NCBI GenBank assembly: GCA_017501465.1
Contig: JAFVWY010000009.1
Location: 115,092 to 179,091 of the forward strand
Direction of reading: 5' to 3'
From: Bacilli bacterium
GTDB lineage: Bacteria > Bacillota_I > Bacilli_A > ML615J-28 > CAG-313
Length of the DNA: 64,000 nt
A model generated the notes under the pieces. The model did no database searches, was not told where the DNA came from, and saw only the letters and a list, made by a program, of their open reading frames with translations. This document shows positions 28,363 through 38,421 of the stretch, in pieces. Each line of letters starts with the position of its first letter. Position 1 is the stretch's first letter. Position numbers and translations under genes: made by a program.

Positions 28363-29329
28363 GATCGATATGGAAAATAATGAATTTAAAGAAGAACTTA
28401 ATGAAGAGTTAGTAGAGGATACAAATCTTGAATCTTTAGAAATCTTGCCAACTATAGAAGTTGAATATACAAAAGAGGACATTAAAAAAAGTAAAAGAAG
28501 ATTTTTAGTTTTACTATTATCGTTTTTGATTAGTGTTGTTGTTTATTATATTAGTAAAGCTTTTGATCCTTTTAAAGGAGTCGAAGTTGGGACAAGATTT
28601 CAATCATCTAACTTAGGTTTGATTGTTAATGTTGTCATGATTTGTTCAATTTTTGTTACTATATTTGGAATTATTGTTTGTTTTATTAATCGATTTAAAC
28701 ATAATCTAAAGATCAAAAAGAAACAATTAACTAAGATTTTTGATATATTAGAATGGGTAGTAATTTTTCCTGTTTGTATAGCTGTTGCTAGTTTTTGTTT
28801 TTCATTTATTTTTACTTTAACAGTTGTTGAAGGCGAGTCAATGGAACCCAATTATTTTGATAATGAAGAATTATTTTTACTATATACTAACAACTTTGAT
28901 AGATTTGATGTGGTAGTAATTGATGTTAATAATAAATATGGTTTAACTAATGAAAAATTATTTATCAAAAGAGTAATTGGTTTACCAGGAGAACACATTG
29001 AATATATTGAAGAAGAAGTTAATGGGAAACTTGTAACTAATTTATATGTTAATGGGGAATTTGTTGAAGAAGATTTTTATACAGATTTTCTAAAAAGTAT
29101 TTATTTAACTTATACTCATACAGAAAAGAGTTTTGATACAGAGAAAGTGTATAGTTTAAATGGATTAGAATTAAAGTATGTGGATGGGAAAGTTGTTATA
29201 CCAGATGATTATTATTTAGTTCTTGGTGATAATAGAATTAATAGTACTGATAGTAGAGTTATTGGTTTAGTTCACAAAGATGACATTATTGGTGAAATTA
29301 AATTTAAAGTAAAAAGTCTTATAGATTAA
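28346..29329 (+). CDS. lepB: signal peptidase I with extended three-TM N-terminal region
   Basis: S26 catalytic Ser box EGESMEP. VLGDNRINSTDSR box E. Preceded by about 150 aa carrying three hydrophobic helices. Confidence 0.7.
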   Translation: MMKISRIDMENNEFKEELNEELVEDTNLESLEILPTIEVEYTKEDIKKSKRRFLVLLLSFLISVVVYYISKAFDPFKGVEVGTRFQSSNLGLIVNVVMICSIFVTIFGIIVCFINRFKHNLKIKKKQLTKIFDILEWVVIFPVCIAVASFCFSFIFTLTVVEGESMEPNYFDNEELFLLYTNNFDRFDVVVIDVNNKYGLTNEKLFIKRVIGLPGEHIEYIEEEVNGKLVTNLYVNGEFVEEDFYTDFLKSIYLTYTHTEKSFDTEKVYSLNGLELKYVDGKVVIPDDYYLVLGDNRINSTDSRVIGLVHKDDIIGEIKFKVKSLID

Positions 29330-29342
29330 GAAGGAGGTAAAC

Positions 29343-30182
29343 ATGGTTCAATGGTATCCTGGTCATATGGCCAAGGCATTTAGAGAAATGGATGAAAAAA
29401 TTAAATTTGTTGATTTAGTAATTGTGCTTTTAGATGCAAGAGTACCTGAATCATCTTTAAATCCGGAAGTTGTTAAAAAGTTTCAAAATAAACAAATATT
29501 ATATGTGTTAACAAAAGCTGATAAAGCTGATAGTGAACAAACAAAAAAGTGGTGTAAACATTATGAATCTAATAACGCTATTGTTATTAGCGTAAATTCT
29601 AAAGACTCATCTACTAAAAAAATAGTTATGAAAGCTATTCAAAAAGTTTTAGAAGAAAAAAGAAAAAAAGATGCCTTAAAAGGCTTAAGACCAAGAGCTA
29701 TTAAAGCGATGGTTGTAGGCATTCCTAATGTTGGTAAATCCACACTTATTAATAATTTATCAGGTAAAAAGGTGGCAAGCGTGGGCGATAAACCTGGCGT
29801 AACGAAAGCTCAACAATGGATTAAGCTTAATCAAGATTTAGAACTTTTAGATACACCGGGAGTTTTATGGCCTAAGTTTGAAAGCCCTCATGTTGGACTT
29901 AATCTTGCGTTAACTGGTGCTATTAAAGATGATATTTTAAGACTAGAAGATATAGTTGAATATGGTGTTAAATTATTACATGAATTATATCCTGGGATTT
30001 TAGAAAAACGCTATAATGTTAAAGAAGATTTTATTAATGATTATGCAACACATGTCGCTAAAGAAAAGAAGTTTTATGCTAATGGTGAAATTGATTATAA
30101 CCGAGTATGTATGTTAATTCTTAATGACTTAAGAAATGGTGCCCTTGGTAATATTACTTTAGATAGGATTAATCATGAATAA
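29343..30182 (+). CDS. rbgA: ribosome biogenesis GTPase A (YlqF/RbgA)
   Basis: MVQWYPGHMAKA hallmark. Circularly permuted GTPase motifs. GIPNVGKST. Confidence 0.85.
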   Translation: MVQWYPGHMAKAFREMDEKIKFVDLVIVLLDARVPESSLNPEVVKKFQNKQILYVLTKADKADSEQTKKWCKHYESNNAIVISVNSKDSSTKKIVMKAIQKVLEEKRKKDALKGLRPRAIKAMVVGIPNVGKSTLINNLSGKKVASVGDKPGVTKAQQWIKLNQDLELLDTPGVLWPKFESPHVGLNLALTGAIKDDILRLEDIVEYGVKLLHELYPGILEKRYNVKEDFINDYATHVAKEKKFYANGEIDYNRVCMLILNDLRNGALGNITLDRINHE

Positions 30183-30789
30183 TTTTGAATTTGAAGAAAA
30201 ACTATATCTTGAAGGTTGTAAATACATTGCAGGATGTGATGAGGTAGGAAGAGGCTGTATTGCAGGTCCAGTTTATGCTTGCTGTGTAATTATGAAACCA
30301 ACTAGTAAGATAGAAGGCGTTAATGATTCTAAAAAATTAACTGATAAAAAAAGAAGAGAACTATTACCTAAAATTTTACAAGATGCGGTATGTTATAAAG
30401 TTATTGCGATTGATAATGATGAGATTGACAAAATTAATATTTTAGAGGCTTCTAGAAAAGCAATGGAATTAGCTTTAGAAGGTTTAGAAGTAAAGCCTGA
30501 TTATGTATTAACTGATGCTATGAAGTTACATACTACTATTCCTTATCAAGACATTATTAAAGGTGATCTTAGAAGTTATACAATAGGCTGTGCTTCGATT
30601 ATTGCAAAAGTTTTTAGGGATGATTATATGATTGCGTTATCTAAGGAATTTCCTGGATATGACTGGGATAAGAATAAAGGATATCCAACTAAAAGACATA
30701 AACAATCTTTATATGAATTAGGTGTGACTAAGTATCACAGAAAAAGCTATGATCCCGTTCGAATTTGTTTAGAAAAGTCTAATTTATGA
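30175..30789 (+). CDS. rnhB: ribonuclease HII
   Basis: GCDEVGRGCIAGPV active-site motif. Follows rbgA, as in Bacillus. Confidence 0.85.
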   Translation: MNNFEFEEKLYLEGCKYIAGCDEVGRGCIAGPVYACCVIMKPTSKIEGVNDSKKLTDKKRRELLPKILQDAVCYKVIAIDNDEIDKINILEASRKAMELALEGLEVKPDYVLTDAMKLHTTIPYQDIIKGDLRSYTIGCASIIAKVFRDDYMIALSKEFPGYDWDKNKGYPTKRHKQSLYELGVTKYHRKSYDPVRICLEKSNL

Positions 30790-30971
30790 TATATATATAA
30801 AAGTAAAATCAAAGAATAGATTCTTTGATTTTTTTTCTTTTTGGTTTACAATTTAAATTTTGTTTGATAAAATGAAAAGCACAAAAGTTTCGAAAAAAAT
30901 TAAATTGCGAAAAGTTTATTGCATTAAATTTATAATGCGTGATATAATTAATTTGAAAAGGAATGATATAA

Positions 30972-33083
30972 ATGAAATTACTTATTGTTGAATCTCCATC
31001 AAAGTCTAAAACAATTGAAAATTATTTAGGTCAAGACTATAAAGTTGTTGCCTCTCTTGGTCATATTAGAGATTTAAGAATAAAGGGGAAAGGCGGCTTT
31101 GGTGTTGATGTTGAAAACAACTTTCAACCCGAATATAGCATCTTGCCTGAGAAAAAAGAAGTAGTAGATCAATTGATTGAACTTGCAAATGAGGCAGAAC
31201 ATATATATCTTGCAACCGACCCGGATAGAGAAGGGGAAGCAATTAGTTGGCATTTACAAGAAGTATTAGAACAAGAACCAGAAAAAGTTTCACGAATTGT
31301 TTTTAACGAAATTACAAAAACAGCTGTTACTAATGCGATAAAAAATGATCGTCAAATTGATATGGGTCTAGTTCATTCTCAAGAATCTAGAAGAATTATT
31401 GATAGAATTATTGGCTTTAGATTATCAAGTTTGCTTCAACAAAAATTAGGTTCTAAATCAGCTGGACGTGTTCAATCTGTTGCGTTAAAACTTATTGTTG
31501 ATAGAGAAAAAGAGATTGAGGCTTTCGATAAAGAAGAATATTGGGATGTTTTTTCAATTATAAATAAAGAAGATCAAGAATATAAATTAAAGCTAGTACG
31601 TTTTAATGATGAAAAGATTGAACTTACAAATGAAGAATCAGCAAAAAAAGTATTAAATGATTTACATAAAGCAAACTTTAAAGTTGAATCTATTGAAACT
31701 AAAGAAAGAAAAAGAATCGCAAAAGCACCTTTTATAACAAGTACCCTTCAACAAGATGCTGGTGTTAGATTTAAATATAATGCGAAAAGAACAATGTTAA
31801 TTGCTCAAAAACTATATGAAGGTATTGATGTAGGCAAAGAAAGAGTTGGTTTAATAACTTATATGCGTACTGACTCAGTAAGACTTTCTGATGATTTTAT
31901 TAATGAAGCGAAGAAGTATGTTAAATCTAATTTTGGTGATAAATATTATAAAGGGTATAAAGTAAAAAATAAAAAGAACCAAAAAATTCAAGATGCCCAC
32001 GAAGCGATAAGACCTACATCACTTGAAAGAACACCCGAAAAAATGAAAAAATATTTATCAAGTGATGAATTAAAAATTTATACAATTATTTATCAAAGAG
32101 CATTATCTAGTGTAATGAGTGATGCTTTAGTAGAAGATACAATCGTTACAGTTGATGCTGCTAATTATAAGTTTGAACTTAGTGGTGAAAAAACACTATT
32201 TGATGGCTTCCAAAGAGTCTATAAAGAAATGGTTGAAGATGAAACAGAAATTAGTGGTCTTCCTGACTTTTTACAAGATGAAAAATTAAATGTTATAGAC
32301 GTAAAGAGCGAACAAAAATATACTAATCCTCCATATCGTTATACGGAAGTTAGATTAATTAAGAAGATGGAAGATTTAGGTATTGGACGTCCATCTACTT
32401 ACGCTCTTACAATGGAAACTTTAAGAGTTAGAAGTTATGTTACAATGGATAAGAGAACTTTCGTTCCATCTGAACAAGGTCGTCTTACAAGTGATCAATT
32501 AGATATTTATTTTAAAGATATTATCAATGTTAAATATACTGCTGAAATGGAAAATACTTTAGACTCTATTAGTGAAGGTCATGCAGTATGGTATGAAGAA
32601 ATTAGAAAATTCTATGACACATTTATGCCATTAATAGAAAATGCTAGGGATAATATGATAAAAATTTATCCAAAACCTACCGATGAATTTTGTCCAGAAT
32701 GTGGATTACCATTATTCATTAGAAGGGGTCCATTTGGTGAATTTACTGCTTGTAGTGGTTACCCTCATTGTAAATATATTAAGAAAAAACCTAAACCTGA
32801 ACCAGTTCATACAGGTATTAGTTGTCCGCTTTGTAAAGAAGGCGAACTTGTAGAAAGAATTAATGTACGTGGTAGAACAAAGGGTTCTTTATTTTATGCA
32901 TGTAGTCGATTCCCAGATTGTAGAGCAACTTACTCTGGTCTTCCTAATGGTGAAATTTGTGCTGTTTGTGGTGGACCAATGATTACTGTAAATGATGAAA
33001 TTGTTTGTGGAAATGAAAAGTGTAAAACCAATAAAGAAAGAAGAGCAAAAGAAAGAGAACTTCAAAAAAAGGTAATTTCTTAA
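30972..33083 (+). CDS. topA: DNA topoisomerase I
   Basis: MKLLIVESPSKSKTIENYLG Toprim N-terminus. C-terminal Cys4 zinc ribbons. Confidence 0.9.
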   Translation: MKLLIVESPSKSKTIENYLGQDYKVVASLGHIRDLRIKGKGGFGVDVENNFQPEYSILPEKKEVVDQLIELANEAEHIYLATDPDREGEAISWHLQEVLEQEPEKVSRIVFNEITKTAVTNAIKNDRQIDMGLVHSQESRRIIDRIIGFRLSSLLQQKLGSKSAGRVQSVALKLIVDREKEIEAFDKEEYWDVFSIINKEDQEYKLKLVRFNDEKIELTNEESAKKVLNDLHKANFKVESIETKERKRIAKAPFITSTLQQDAGVRFKYNAKRTMLIAQKLYEGIDVGKERVGLITYMRTDSVRLSDDFINEAKKYVKSNFGDKYYKGYKVKNKKNQKIQDAHEAIRPTSLERTPEKMKKYLSSDELKIYTIIYQRALSSVMSDALVEDTIVTVDAANYKFELSGEKTLFDGFQRVYKEMVEDETEISGLPDFLQDEKLNVIDVKSEQKYTNPPYRYTEVRLIKKMEDLGIGRPSTYALTMETLRVRSYVTMDKRTFVPSEQGRLTSDQLDIYFKDIINVKYTAEMENTLDSISEGHAVWYEEIRKFYDTFMPLIENARDNMIKIYPKPTDEFCPECGLPLFIRRGPFGEFTACSGYPHCKYIKKKPKPEPVHTGISCPLCKEGELVERINVRGRTKGSLFYACSRFPDCRATYSGLPNGEICAVCGGPMITVNDEIVCGNEKCKTNKERRAKERELQKKVIS

Positions 33084-33111
33084 AAAAAATTGTAAAATCA
33101 AATAGAAATAC

Positions 33112-33141
33112 TTGACAAAATGTCGAAGTTTATGATACAAT
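33112..33141 (+). promoter_or_regulatory. sigma70-like promoter (TTGACA-18-TGaTACAAT) with no adjacent ORF
   Basis: TTGACA at 33112..33117, extended -10 tgatacaat at 33133..33141. It precedes a palindrome and an intrinsic terminator, not a CDS. Confidence 0.5.
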
Positions 33142-33208
33142 AATCTTGTCCTAGGAATTCTAGGACATTACATATCCCCTACATTATATGTTAATATATT
33201 ATTAGCAT

Positions 33209-33246
33209 ATGGCCATCTTTCCCCTAGATGGCCACTTTTTTTTATT
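33209..33246 (+). terminator. intrinsic terminator closing a ~100-nt orphan transcript
   Basis: Perfect 10-bp inverted repeat atggccatct / agatggccac with a 7-nt loop, followed by tttttttttatttt. Confidence 0.65.
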
Positions 33247-33302
33247 TTAGTTGCCTAAAAGTTAAAAATGTAGTATAATACACAAAGAAAGGTGGGAATA
33301 CT

Positions 33303-34286
33303 ATGGGTTTATTTTCAATCTTTAAAAAGAAAAAAAGTCAAGATAATAAAGCTTTGGAAAAAGCTAATAAATATAAATTAGGTATGGCTAAGACTAGAAA
33401 TGGTCTTATGAATAAGTTAAAAGGTTTATTTACAAGTTATAATGAAGTTACAGAAGATTTATTTGATGATCTTACTGATATCTTCATTATGGCAGATATT
33501 GGTGTGGAAACAACTCTGGATTTCATTGAAGAATTAAAAGAAGATGAAAGAGTAGAAGATGTTACTACTCCTGAAGAATTACATCCAATAATAGTTGATA
33601 AGATGTTTGAGCTTTATTTAAAAAATGAAATTGTTGATACGTCTCTTAACATAAAAGAAGATGATTTAAGTGTTTTATTATTTGTTGGTGTTAATGGTGT
33701 TGGAAAAACAACAACAATTGCTAAAATTGCTCATCGCTTAGTAGAAGAAGGCAAAAAGGTTTTACTTGCTGCTGGGGACACTTTTAGAGCTGGAGCAATT
33801 GATCAATTAAAAGTTTGGGGAGAACGCTTAGGCCTTAATGTTGTCTGTAAGGCTGAAGGTAGCGATCCTTCTAGTGTAATTTTTGATGCAATACAAATTG
33901 CAAAAGAAGAAAAATATGATGTTCTTTTATGTGATACTGCCGGAAGACTACAAAATAAAACTAATCTAATGGCAGAACTTGAAAAAATGAATCGTGTAAT
34001 CAAGAAAGAAATTCCTGATGGTCCACATGAGACTTTACTAGTTATTGATGCTACAACTGGCCAAAATGGGTTATCCCAAGCAGAAGCATTTAAAGAAATT
34101 ACTGATGTTACAGGGGTAGTTCTAACTAAACTTGATGGCACTAGTAAAGGCGGTATTGTTTTAGCAATTCGTGATAAATATAATCTACCTATTAAATTTG
34201 TTGGTCTTGGTGAAAAAATGGAAGACTTAGAATACTTTGATTTAGAAGATTATATATATGGATTATTTGGAGACGACGATGAATAA
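33303..34286 (+). CDS. ftsY: signal recognition particle receptor FtsY
   Basis: GVNGVGKTTTIAKIA P-loop. DTAGR. SRP-GTPase NG domain. Confidence 0.9.
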   Translation: MGLFSIFKKKKSQDNKALEKANKYKLGMAKTRNGLMNKLKGLFTSYNEVTEDLFDDLTDIFIMADIGVETTLDFIEELKEDERVEDVTTPEELHPIIVDKMFELYLKNEIVDTSLNIKEDDLSVLLFVGVNGVGKTTTIAKIAHRLVEEGKKVLLAAGDTFRAGAIDQLKVWGERLGLNVVCKAEGSDPSSVIFDAIQIAKEEKYDVLLCDTAGRLQNKTNLMAELEKMNRVIKKEIPDGPHETLLVIDATTGQNGLSQAEAFKEITDVTGVVLTKLDGTSKGGIVLAIRDKYNLPIKFVGLGEKMEDLEYFDLEDYIYGLFGDDDE

Positions 34287-34593
34287 TCTAATTGAGAAGA
34301 AAACTTACTATAATATTCTATATAGTTATTATGGAGAGTTATTAACAGATAAACAAAAAGAAGTTTTTGTCGCATATTATGAAGAAGATTTTAGTTTAAA
34401 AGAAATTGCTGATAGTTTAGGTATTTCTAGAAACGCTGTTCATGATGCTTTAAAAACATGTATAAAAAATTTAGAACATTTTGAAAATGTTTTAAAACTT
34501 TATGAAAAAAATACAAAAAGATCAATTCTTTATCAAGAATATGAAAACAATGAAACAAAAGAATTAATTAACAAACTTAAAGAAATGGAGTGA
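34258..34593 (+). CDS. ylxM: YlxM (UPF0122) putative DNA-binding protein of the ffh operon
   Basis: LTDKQKEVFVAYYEEDFSLKEIADSLGISRNAVHDALK sigma-70 region-4-like HTH. Position between ftsY and ffh. Confidence 0.7.
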   Translation: MDYLETTMNNLIEKKTYYNILYSYYGELLTDKQKEVFVAYYEEDFSLKEIADSLGISRNAVHDALKTCIKNLEHFENVLKLYEKNTKRSILYQEYENNETKELINKLKEME

Positions 34594-34598
34594 GCTAA

Positions 34599-36005
34599 AT
34601 GCCTTTTGAAAGTTTATCAGAGCGTTTAGGAATGGCCCTTAGAAGATTAACGGGTCGAGGAAGAATAAACGAAAATGATATCGATGAAATGATGAAAGAA
34701 GTTAGGGTTTCATTGCTTGAGGCCGATGTTAACTATAAAGTAGTTAAAGCTTTCATCAAAGATGTAAAAGAAAAATCTTTAGGCGAACGTGTAATGAAAT
34801 CACTTACTCCTGGAGATCAAGTATTAAAAATAGTAGATGAAGAATTAAAAATGTTAATGGGTGAAGAAGCTACGCCTATTAATATGAATCCAAATGGTAC
34901 AACAGTTATTTTACTTGCTGGTCTTCAAGGTAGTGGTAAAACAACACATGCTGGTAAATTAGCATCTTATCTTAGAAAGCATTATAATTCTAAACCTTTA
35001 TTAGTTGCAGCTGATATTTACAGACCAGCTGCTGTTAATCAATTAGTTACTCTTGGTAAACAACTAAATATTGATGTTTATGAACAAGGTACCTCAAAAA
35101 AACCTGAGGATATTGTTAAGGAAGCTTTAGCTTATGCTAAAGCCAAAAGTAACAACGTTGTGATTATTGATACTGCTGGTCGTTTATCAATTGATGAAGC
35201 TTTGATGCAAGAGTTAGTTAATATTAAAAACATTGCCAAACCTCATGAAATCTTACTTGCAGTTGATGCAATGACTGGTCAAGATGCTGTGAATGTTGCT
35301 ATTCAGTTTAATAATGCTTTAAGTGTTACTGGTTGTATTTTAACCAAATTAGATAGTGACACAAGAGGTGGGGCTGCTTTGTCAATTAGATACATGACAA
35401 ACATTCCAATTAAGTTCTGTGGTATGGGAGAAAAATTAGATCAAATTGAAGTATTCCATCCTGATAGAATGGCAAGTAGAATTCTTGGTATGGGGGATGT
35501 GTTAACCTTAATTGATAAAGCAACTGAAAATATTGATGAAACTGAAGCTATGAATATTGCGGAAAGATTACAAAAAGGTTACTTTAATTATTATGATTTT
35601 TTAAAACAACTGAAGATGATTAAAAGGATGGGTTCTTTAAAAGGAATCTTAAGTTTATTACCAGGCATGGGTAAACAATTAAAAAATATTGATATAGATG
35701 ATAAAAAATTTGTTTATATTGAATCAATCATTGGATCAATGACTAATGAAGAAAGAAAAAATCCAGAACTTGTTAATACAAGTCGTTCAAGAAAAGAACG
35801 TATCGCAAAAGGTTCTGGTAGAAGTTATCCTGAAGTTAACAATCTTACTCAACAATTTGAAACTATGAAAAAACAAATGAAACAAATGATGGGTTTATCA
35901 GAAGATGAAATGGAAAAAATGTCGAAAGGTCAATATGTTCCTAATATGCCTAAACAAAAAGCTAAAAAAGGTAAAGGCAAGAATAAAGGAGGATTTAGAT
36001 TCTAG
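34599..36005 (+). CDS. ffh: signal recognition particle protein Ffh (SRP54)
   Basis: GLQGSGKTT P-loop. NG domain. Methionine-rich M domain. Basic C-terminus. Confidence 0.95.
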   Translation: MPFESLSERLGMALRRLTGRGRINENDIDEMMKEVRVSLLEADVNYKVVKAFIKDVKEKSLGERVMKSLTPGDQVLKIVDEELKMLMGEEATPINMNPNGTTVILLAGLQGSGKTTHAGKLASYLRKHYNSKPLLVAADIYRPAAVNQLVTLGKQLNIDVYEQGTSKKPEDIVKEALAYAKAKSNNVVIIDTAGRLSIDEALMQELVNIKNIAKPHEILLAVDAMTGQDAVNVAIQFNNALSVTGCILTKLDSDTRGGAALSIRYMTNIPIKFCGMGEKLDQIEVFHPDRMASRILGMGDVLTLIDKATENIDETEAMNIAERLQKGYFNYYDFLKQLKMIKRMGSLKGILSLLPGMGKQLKNIDIDDKKFVYIESIIGSMTNEERKNPELVNTSRSRKERIAKGSGRSYPEVNNLTQQFETMKKQMKQMMGLSEDEMEKMSKGQYVPNMPKQKAKKGKGKNKGGFRF

Positions 36006-36412
36006 TGAGTAATGATCGTTGGTATAAACGCTTGGGTTGGTTCTTATTATTTTCTTGTATTACTTTATTAATATTTTTTGTTTTAGATTATGCTTTTAAC
36101 GCATTTACAGAAAAATATACATCAACAAGATTTACTGCATTTTATGTTGAAGCTGAATATAAATATAAAGAAAGCGACACCATTGTTTTAACTTTGGATA
36201 CAGATGCAACAAGTTTTACTGTTGATTTATGGATTGATGAAGAAAATACTGGACTTACTTTTGAAAATGAAAAAACCATTTCATTTAAACTTAGCGAATT
36301 AAGTATAGATTTAGAACCAGGAACTTACACTGTGAAGTCTTCAGTGTTTGGTAAAAAAGGATTAAGTAGGGAAAGAGAAGTATTAATTACTACTACTTTA
36401 ATAATTGAATAA
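36005..36412 (+). CDS. hypothetical membrane-anchored protein
   Basis: GTG start overlaps the ffh stop. One N-terminal TM helix. No motif. It occupies the rpsP position found in Bacillus. Confidence 0.35.
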   Translation: MSNDRWYKRLGWFLLFSCITLLIFFVLDYAFNAFTEKYTSTRFTAFYVEAEYKYKESDTIVLTLDTDATSFTVDLWIDEENTGLTFENEKTISFKLSELSIDLEPGTYTVKSSVFGKKGLSREREVLITTTLIIE

Positions 36413-36454
36413 AAATGATTTTTATTTATTCATTGGATGAATAGAGGGTTAATT

Positions 36455-37453
36455 ATGTACATTAAAGAAAATTATCAAAGCAAGTTAACAATTTATGAAA
36501 CACAAGTTGCTATTGGTTTACTTAAAAAAAGCTTTGAAAAACATTTAAGTGAAGCATTAAATATTAAAAGAGTATCCGCACCTTTATTTGTAGAGGCAAC
36601 TAGCGGGTTAAATGATGATTTAAATGGTGTTGAAAAAGCAGTTTCTTTTACTTTAAAAAATAAAGATCAAGAATTACAAATAGTTCATTCTTTAGCCAAA
36701 TGGAAACGTCTTGCTTTATATGAATATAAGTTCCCTGTTGGGGAGGGTTTATATACCGATATGAATGCGATTAGAAAAGAAGAAGATCTAGATAACATTC
36801 ATTCTATTTATGTTGACCAATGGGATTGGGAAAAAGTAATTACAAAAAAAGATCGTACACTATCATATCTAAAAGAAATAGTTAGAAAAATAGTTCACGC
36901 CATTTATCTTACAAATTTAGAAATGAATAGCTTATTTCCTAAGCTTTCATATCTAATTCAAGACGAAGTATCATTTATAACTAGTGAAGAGTTAAGATGT
37001 ATGTATCCTTCTTTAACTCCTAAAGAAAGAGAAAATATATATGTTAAAGAACATCCAGTGACATTTTTAATGCAGATTGGGAAAATCTTATCTGATGGAA
37101 CTAAACACGATGGCCGCGCTCCTGATTATGATGATTGGGATTTAAATGGCGACATTTTAGTTTATAATCCTATCTTAGATCAAGCTTTTGAGTTATCTTC
37201 AATGGGTATTAGAGTAGATCAAGAATCTTTATTAAAACAATTAAAAATATCAAATAAAGAAGAACGTAAAAATTTGTATTTTCATAAGATGTTGCTTAAT
37301 GGGTATCTTCCATTAACTATTGGTGGTGGGATTGGTCAGTCTAGACTATCAATGTTGTTACTAGAAAAAGCTCATATTGGTGAGGTTCAAGTATCAATTT
37401 GGGATGAAGAAACGAAAAAGTATTGTCTGGAAAAAGGGATTACTTTATTATAG
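36455..37453 (+). CDS. asnA: aspartate--ammonia ligase (asparagine synthetase A)
   Basis: MYIKENYQSKLTIYETQVAIGLLK N-terminus typical of AsnA. Class II aaRS-like core. GAGGG RBS before the ATG at 36455. Confidence 0.8.
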   Translation: MYIKENYQSKLTIYETQVAIGLLKKSFEKHLSEALNIKRVSAPLFVEATSGLNDDLNGVEKAVSFTLKNKDQELQIVHSLAKWKRLALYEYKFPVGEGLYTDMNAIRKEEDLDNIHSIYVDQWDWEKVITKKDRTLSYLKEIVRKIVHAIYLTNLEMNSLFPKLSYLIQDEVSFITSEELRCMYPSLTPKERENIYVKEHPVTFLMQIGKILSDGTKHDGRAPDYDDWDLNGDILVYNPILDQAFELSSMGIRVDQESLLKQLKISNKEERKNLYFHKMLLNGYLPLTIGGGIGQSRLSMLLLEKAHIGEVQVSIWDEETKKYCLEKGITLL

Positions 37454-37467
37454 AAAAAAAGACTAGG

Positions 37468-38352
37468 TTATTTACCTAGTCTTTTATTTACATTATAAAA
37501 ATAATTAATATCATCTATATTATCATATATATTAATTGAATGATCAACATACTCTAAATATTCTAAAATGTTAATATTTTTTGTTTTGACAATAAGTTTA
37601 TCTTTATCTTCAATTATTTTTTTGAAAACTTTAATTTTATTAGTATTAAAGTAAATCTCTTCAAAATCCAAATAATTTATATCCCCATCATAATTATTAA
37701 TTAAAATAATACCTTTATTAATATCTAAATTTAATAAATACTCATTAATACTAATTGAATCTATAGAAATGATTGAATCGGTTGTATTTTCTAAAGAAGA
37801 TACTTTATATGTCTTATCAATTATTTTTTTATCAAATAATTCATTAGTAATTTTTAAATATTCATCGAAGTTTTTTAAGTTATTAATTTTATTTGTGTTA
37901 TTAAAAGGTTTATTTGTTACAATAAAACGTGATGCATAAATAGTATCATGAGGTGGGATTTTCGAAAAGTGGGCGTATTTTGGTAAATAGTAATAATCAT
38001 AAATATAACGATATAATTCTTCTTCTGTTATATTTTCTTTAGCAACACTTAATAAATAATCAATAAAATCATCATTTAAATAAGCTTTTAATTTTTTTAA
38101 ATATGAACGTTCTTGTTTTTCTTTTCTTGTTAGTTTAACTGGATAATATCTTCTTTTTGCGAATGCATTACATCTTAAGATTCTAAAACCCACTAATATA
38201 GTTGCATAAAAGAAATTAAACTTTTTATAAGTTTCTAAGGCATAGTCAGAACAAGTTGGGTAAAATTTGCAATGTCCTACACCTATTAAAGATTTATTTT
38301 TTTGATATGATTTTATTAATTTAACTGCAAACTTATTTTTACATTTATGCAT
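37468..38352 (-). CDS. yidD: YidD (membrane protein insertion efficiency factor) domain fused to ~220-aa C-terminal extension
   Basis: GHCKFYPTCSDYALETYKKFNFFYATILVGFRILRCNAF matches the YidD hallmark. Followed by an Asn/Ile/Asp-rich domain of unknown function. Start placed at the ATG after GGTGA. The track start is TTG with no RBS. Confidence 0.55.
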   Translation of the reverse strand: MHKCKNKFAVKLIKSYQKNKSLIGVGHCKFYPTCSDYALETYKKFNFFYATILVGFRILRCNAFAKRRYYPVKLTRKEKQERSYLKKLKAYLNDDFIDYLLSVAKENITEEELYRYIYDYYYLPKYAHFSKIPPHDTIYASRFIVTNKPFNNTNKINNLKNFDEYLKITNELFDKKIIDKTYKVSSLENTTDSIISIDSISINEYLLNLDINKGIILINNYDGDINYLDFEEIYFNTNKIKVFKKIIEDKDKLIVKTKNINILEYLEYVDHSINIYDNIDDINYFYNVNKRLGK

Positions 38353-38421
38353 AACATCACCATTTTTAATTATCTCAAAAAAGATAGTATAAATCAAGAA
38401 TTTAAGTTAAAAATATTACTG

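Noticed and set aside
33084-33302. SRP RNA (ffs/scRNA) candidate in the topA-ftsY spacer, suggested by its proximity to ftsY and ffh.
   Set aside because: No domain IV consensus (GGAAG...AGCAG) is present. The structured element is instead reported as a generic sRNA candidate.
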